Notes under the pieces: model-generated | What the model was told of the DNA's origin: nothing | Databases searched by the model: none | What the model saw: only the letters and a program-made list of their open reading frames with translations | From: Dehalococcoidia bacterium | Lineage (GTDB): Bacteria; Chloroflexota; Dehalococcoidia; Lucifugimonadales; JAGWBF01 | Length of the DNA: 24,000 nucleotides | Direction: 5' to 3' | Assembly: GCA_965237875.1 (NCBI GenBank) | Contig: CBDEGP010000001.1 | Span: forward strand, 1,015,790-1,039,789 | Made by a program: the position numbers and the translations under genes | In this document: piece by piece, positions 23,209 through 24,000 of the stretch | How positions within the stretch are numbered: the first letter of the stretch is position 1 | Layout: every line of letters starts with the position of its first letter

Positions 23209-24000
23209 ATGATCCGGTTTCTCACGGCGGGAGAGTCCCACGGCCAGGGTCTGGCCATAATTGTGGAAGGCGTCCCGGCCGGTTTGGACCTGACGGAAGA
23301 CGACATCAACCGCCACCTGGTCCGGCGCCAGCGAGGCTACGGGCGGGGCGGCCGCATGCTCATCGAGCGGGACAGAGTCCACATCGTGTCGGGGGTCCGT
23401 CACGGGAAGACGCTGGGAAGCCCCATCGGCATGACCATCGAAAACAAAGACTGGGTCAACTGGCAGGAGAAGATGAGCGTATCGCCCGTAGAGTCGGAGG
23501 TGGAGAGGGTCACCCGTCTACGCCCCGGCCACGCCGACCTGCCCGGAGCGATGAAATACGGTTTCGAGGACGTGCGGAACGTTCTCGAACGGGCCAGCGC
23601 CCGTGAGACCGCCGCAAGGGTCGCTGCCGGGTCGGTGGCCATGCGGCTGCTCGACGAGTTCGGCGTAAATCTGTACAGCCACGTTCTCTGCATCGGGGGC
23701 GAGTGGGCAAACGTCGAATGGCCCATCGACTGGCTTCAGGTTGAAGAGTCCGAGGTGCGCTGTGCGGACGATGAGGCAGCCAAGAAGATGATGGCTATAA
23801 TCGACGAGGCAAAGGAGGCCGGGGACACCGTGGGCGGAGTGGTCGAGGTGGTCGCCACAGGGGTCCCCATCGGCCTGGGTTCCCACGTCCACTGGGACCG
23901 CAAGATAGACGGACGGATAGCTCAAGCCCTCATGTCTATACCCGCCGTCAAAGCCGCCTCGATAGGCGAGGGATGGGAATCGGCGGGCCTCAGAGGGTCT
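23209..24000 (+). CDS. aroC: Chorismate synthase (5' 264 codons; 3' end beyond the window)
   Basis: Not in the supplied ORF track because no stop is reached. My own translation from ATG 23209 (GGAGG at 23194-23198) gives '[26 protein letters not shown]...[12 protein letters not shown]...LRPGHADL...[15 protein letters not shown]', the canonical AroC signatures. The frame stays open to base 24000. Confidence 0.92.
   Translation, partial: MIRFLTAGESHGQGLAIIVEGVPAGLDLTEDDINRHLVRRQRGYGRGGRMLIERDRVHIVSGVRHGKTLGSPIGMTIENKDWVNWQEKMSVSPVESEVERVTRLRPGHADLPGAMKYGFEDVRNVLERASARETAARVAAGSVAMRLLDEFGVNLYSHVLCIGGEWANVEWPIDWLQVEESEVRCADDEAAKKMMAIIDEAKEAGDTVGGVVEVVATGVPIGLGSHVHWDRKIDGRIAQALMSIPAVKAASIGEGWESAGLRGS

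Overview
High-GC bacterial chromosomal window with strong AGGAGG-type ribosome-binding sites. The gene content (family III CoA-transferase, EthD, DUF1015, DUF1800/DUF1501, NHL, AroH chorismate mutase, ACT-domain DAHP synthase) is compatible with a Chloroflexota/SAR202-like or similar marine or symbiont lineage, but that placement is only a guess. All calls come from reading the translations and DNA by eye; no searches were run.

Layout:
- 29-3037 (+): CoA-transferase, EthD, DUF1015.
- 3034-9212 (-): a long co-directional housekeeping string of coiled-coil hypothetical, SDR, serA, class-V aminotransferase, tyrS, ribF.
- 9355-11712 (-): aroF(DAHPS)-aroH-trpA operon with an ATGA overlap.
- About 11.7-19.4 kb: an accessory-looking stretch. 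It holds an orphan, probably decaying RHH antitoxin; a co-directional DUF1800-DUF1501-NHL propeller-113 aa-CPBP protease string; a dinJ-yafQ toxin-antitoxin pair; an XRE regulator with an extra N-terminal domain; and a more AT-rich islet with a 110-aa orphan.
- 19440-24000 (+): TcuA-like flavoprotein, MmgE/PrpD-family protein, aroE, aroC (3' end cut by the window).

Most notable observations:
1. A perfect 22-bp tandem triplication sits exactly at the dinJ stop / yafQ start junction. It rewrites the antitoxin C-terminus and inserts 44 nt plus a mini-ORF between antitoxin and toxin.
2. Several families of GC-rich hairpin (REP-like) repeats fill nearly every intergenic gap of the accessory stretch and generate spurious ORFs.
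3. The DUF1800/DUF1501 pair has no signal peptide and is chained to an NHL propeller, a small unknown protein and a CPBP protease.
4. A TcuA-like/PrpD-like pair without TcuB/TcuC lies 5 bp upstream of aroE-aroC.

No rRNA, tRNA, CRISPR array, transposase or integrase was seen.
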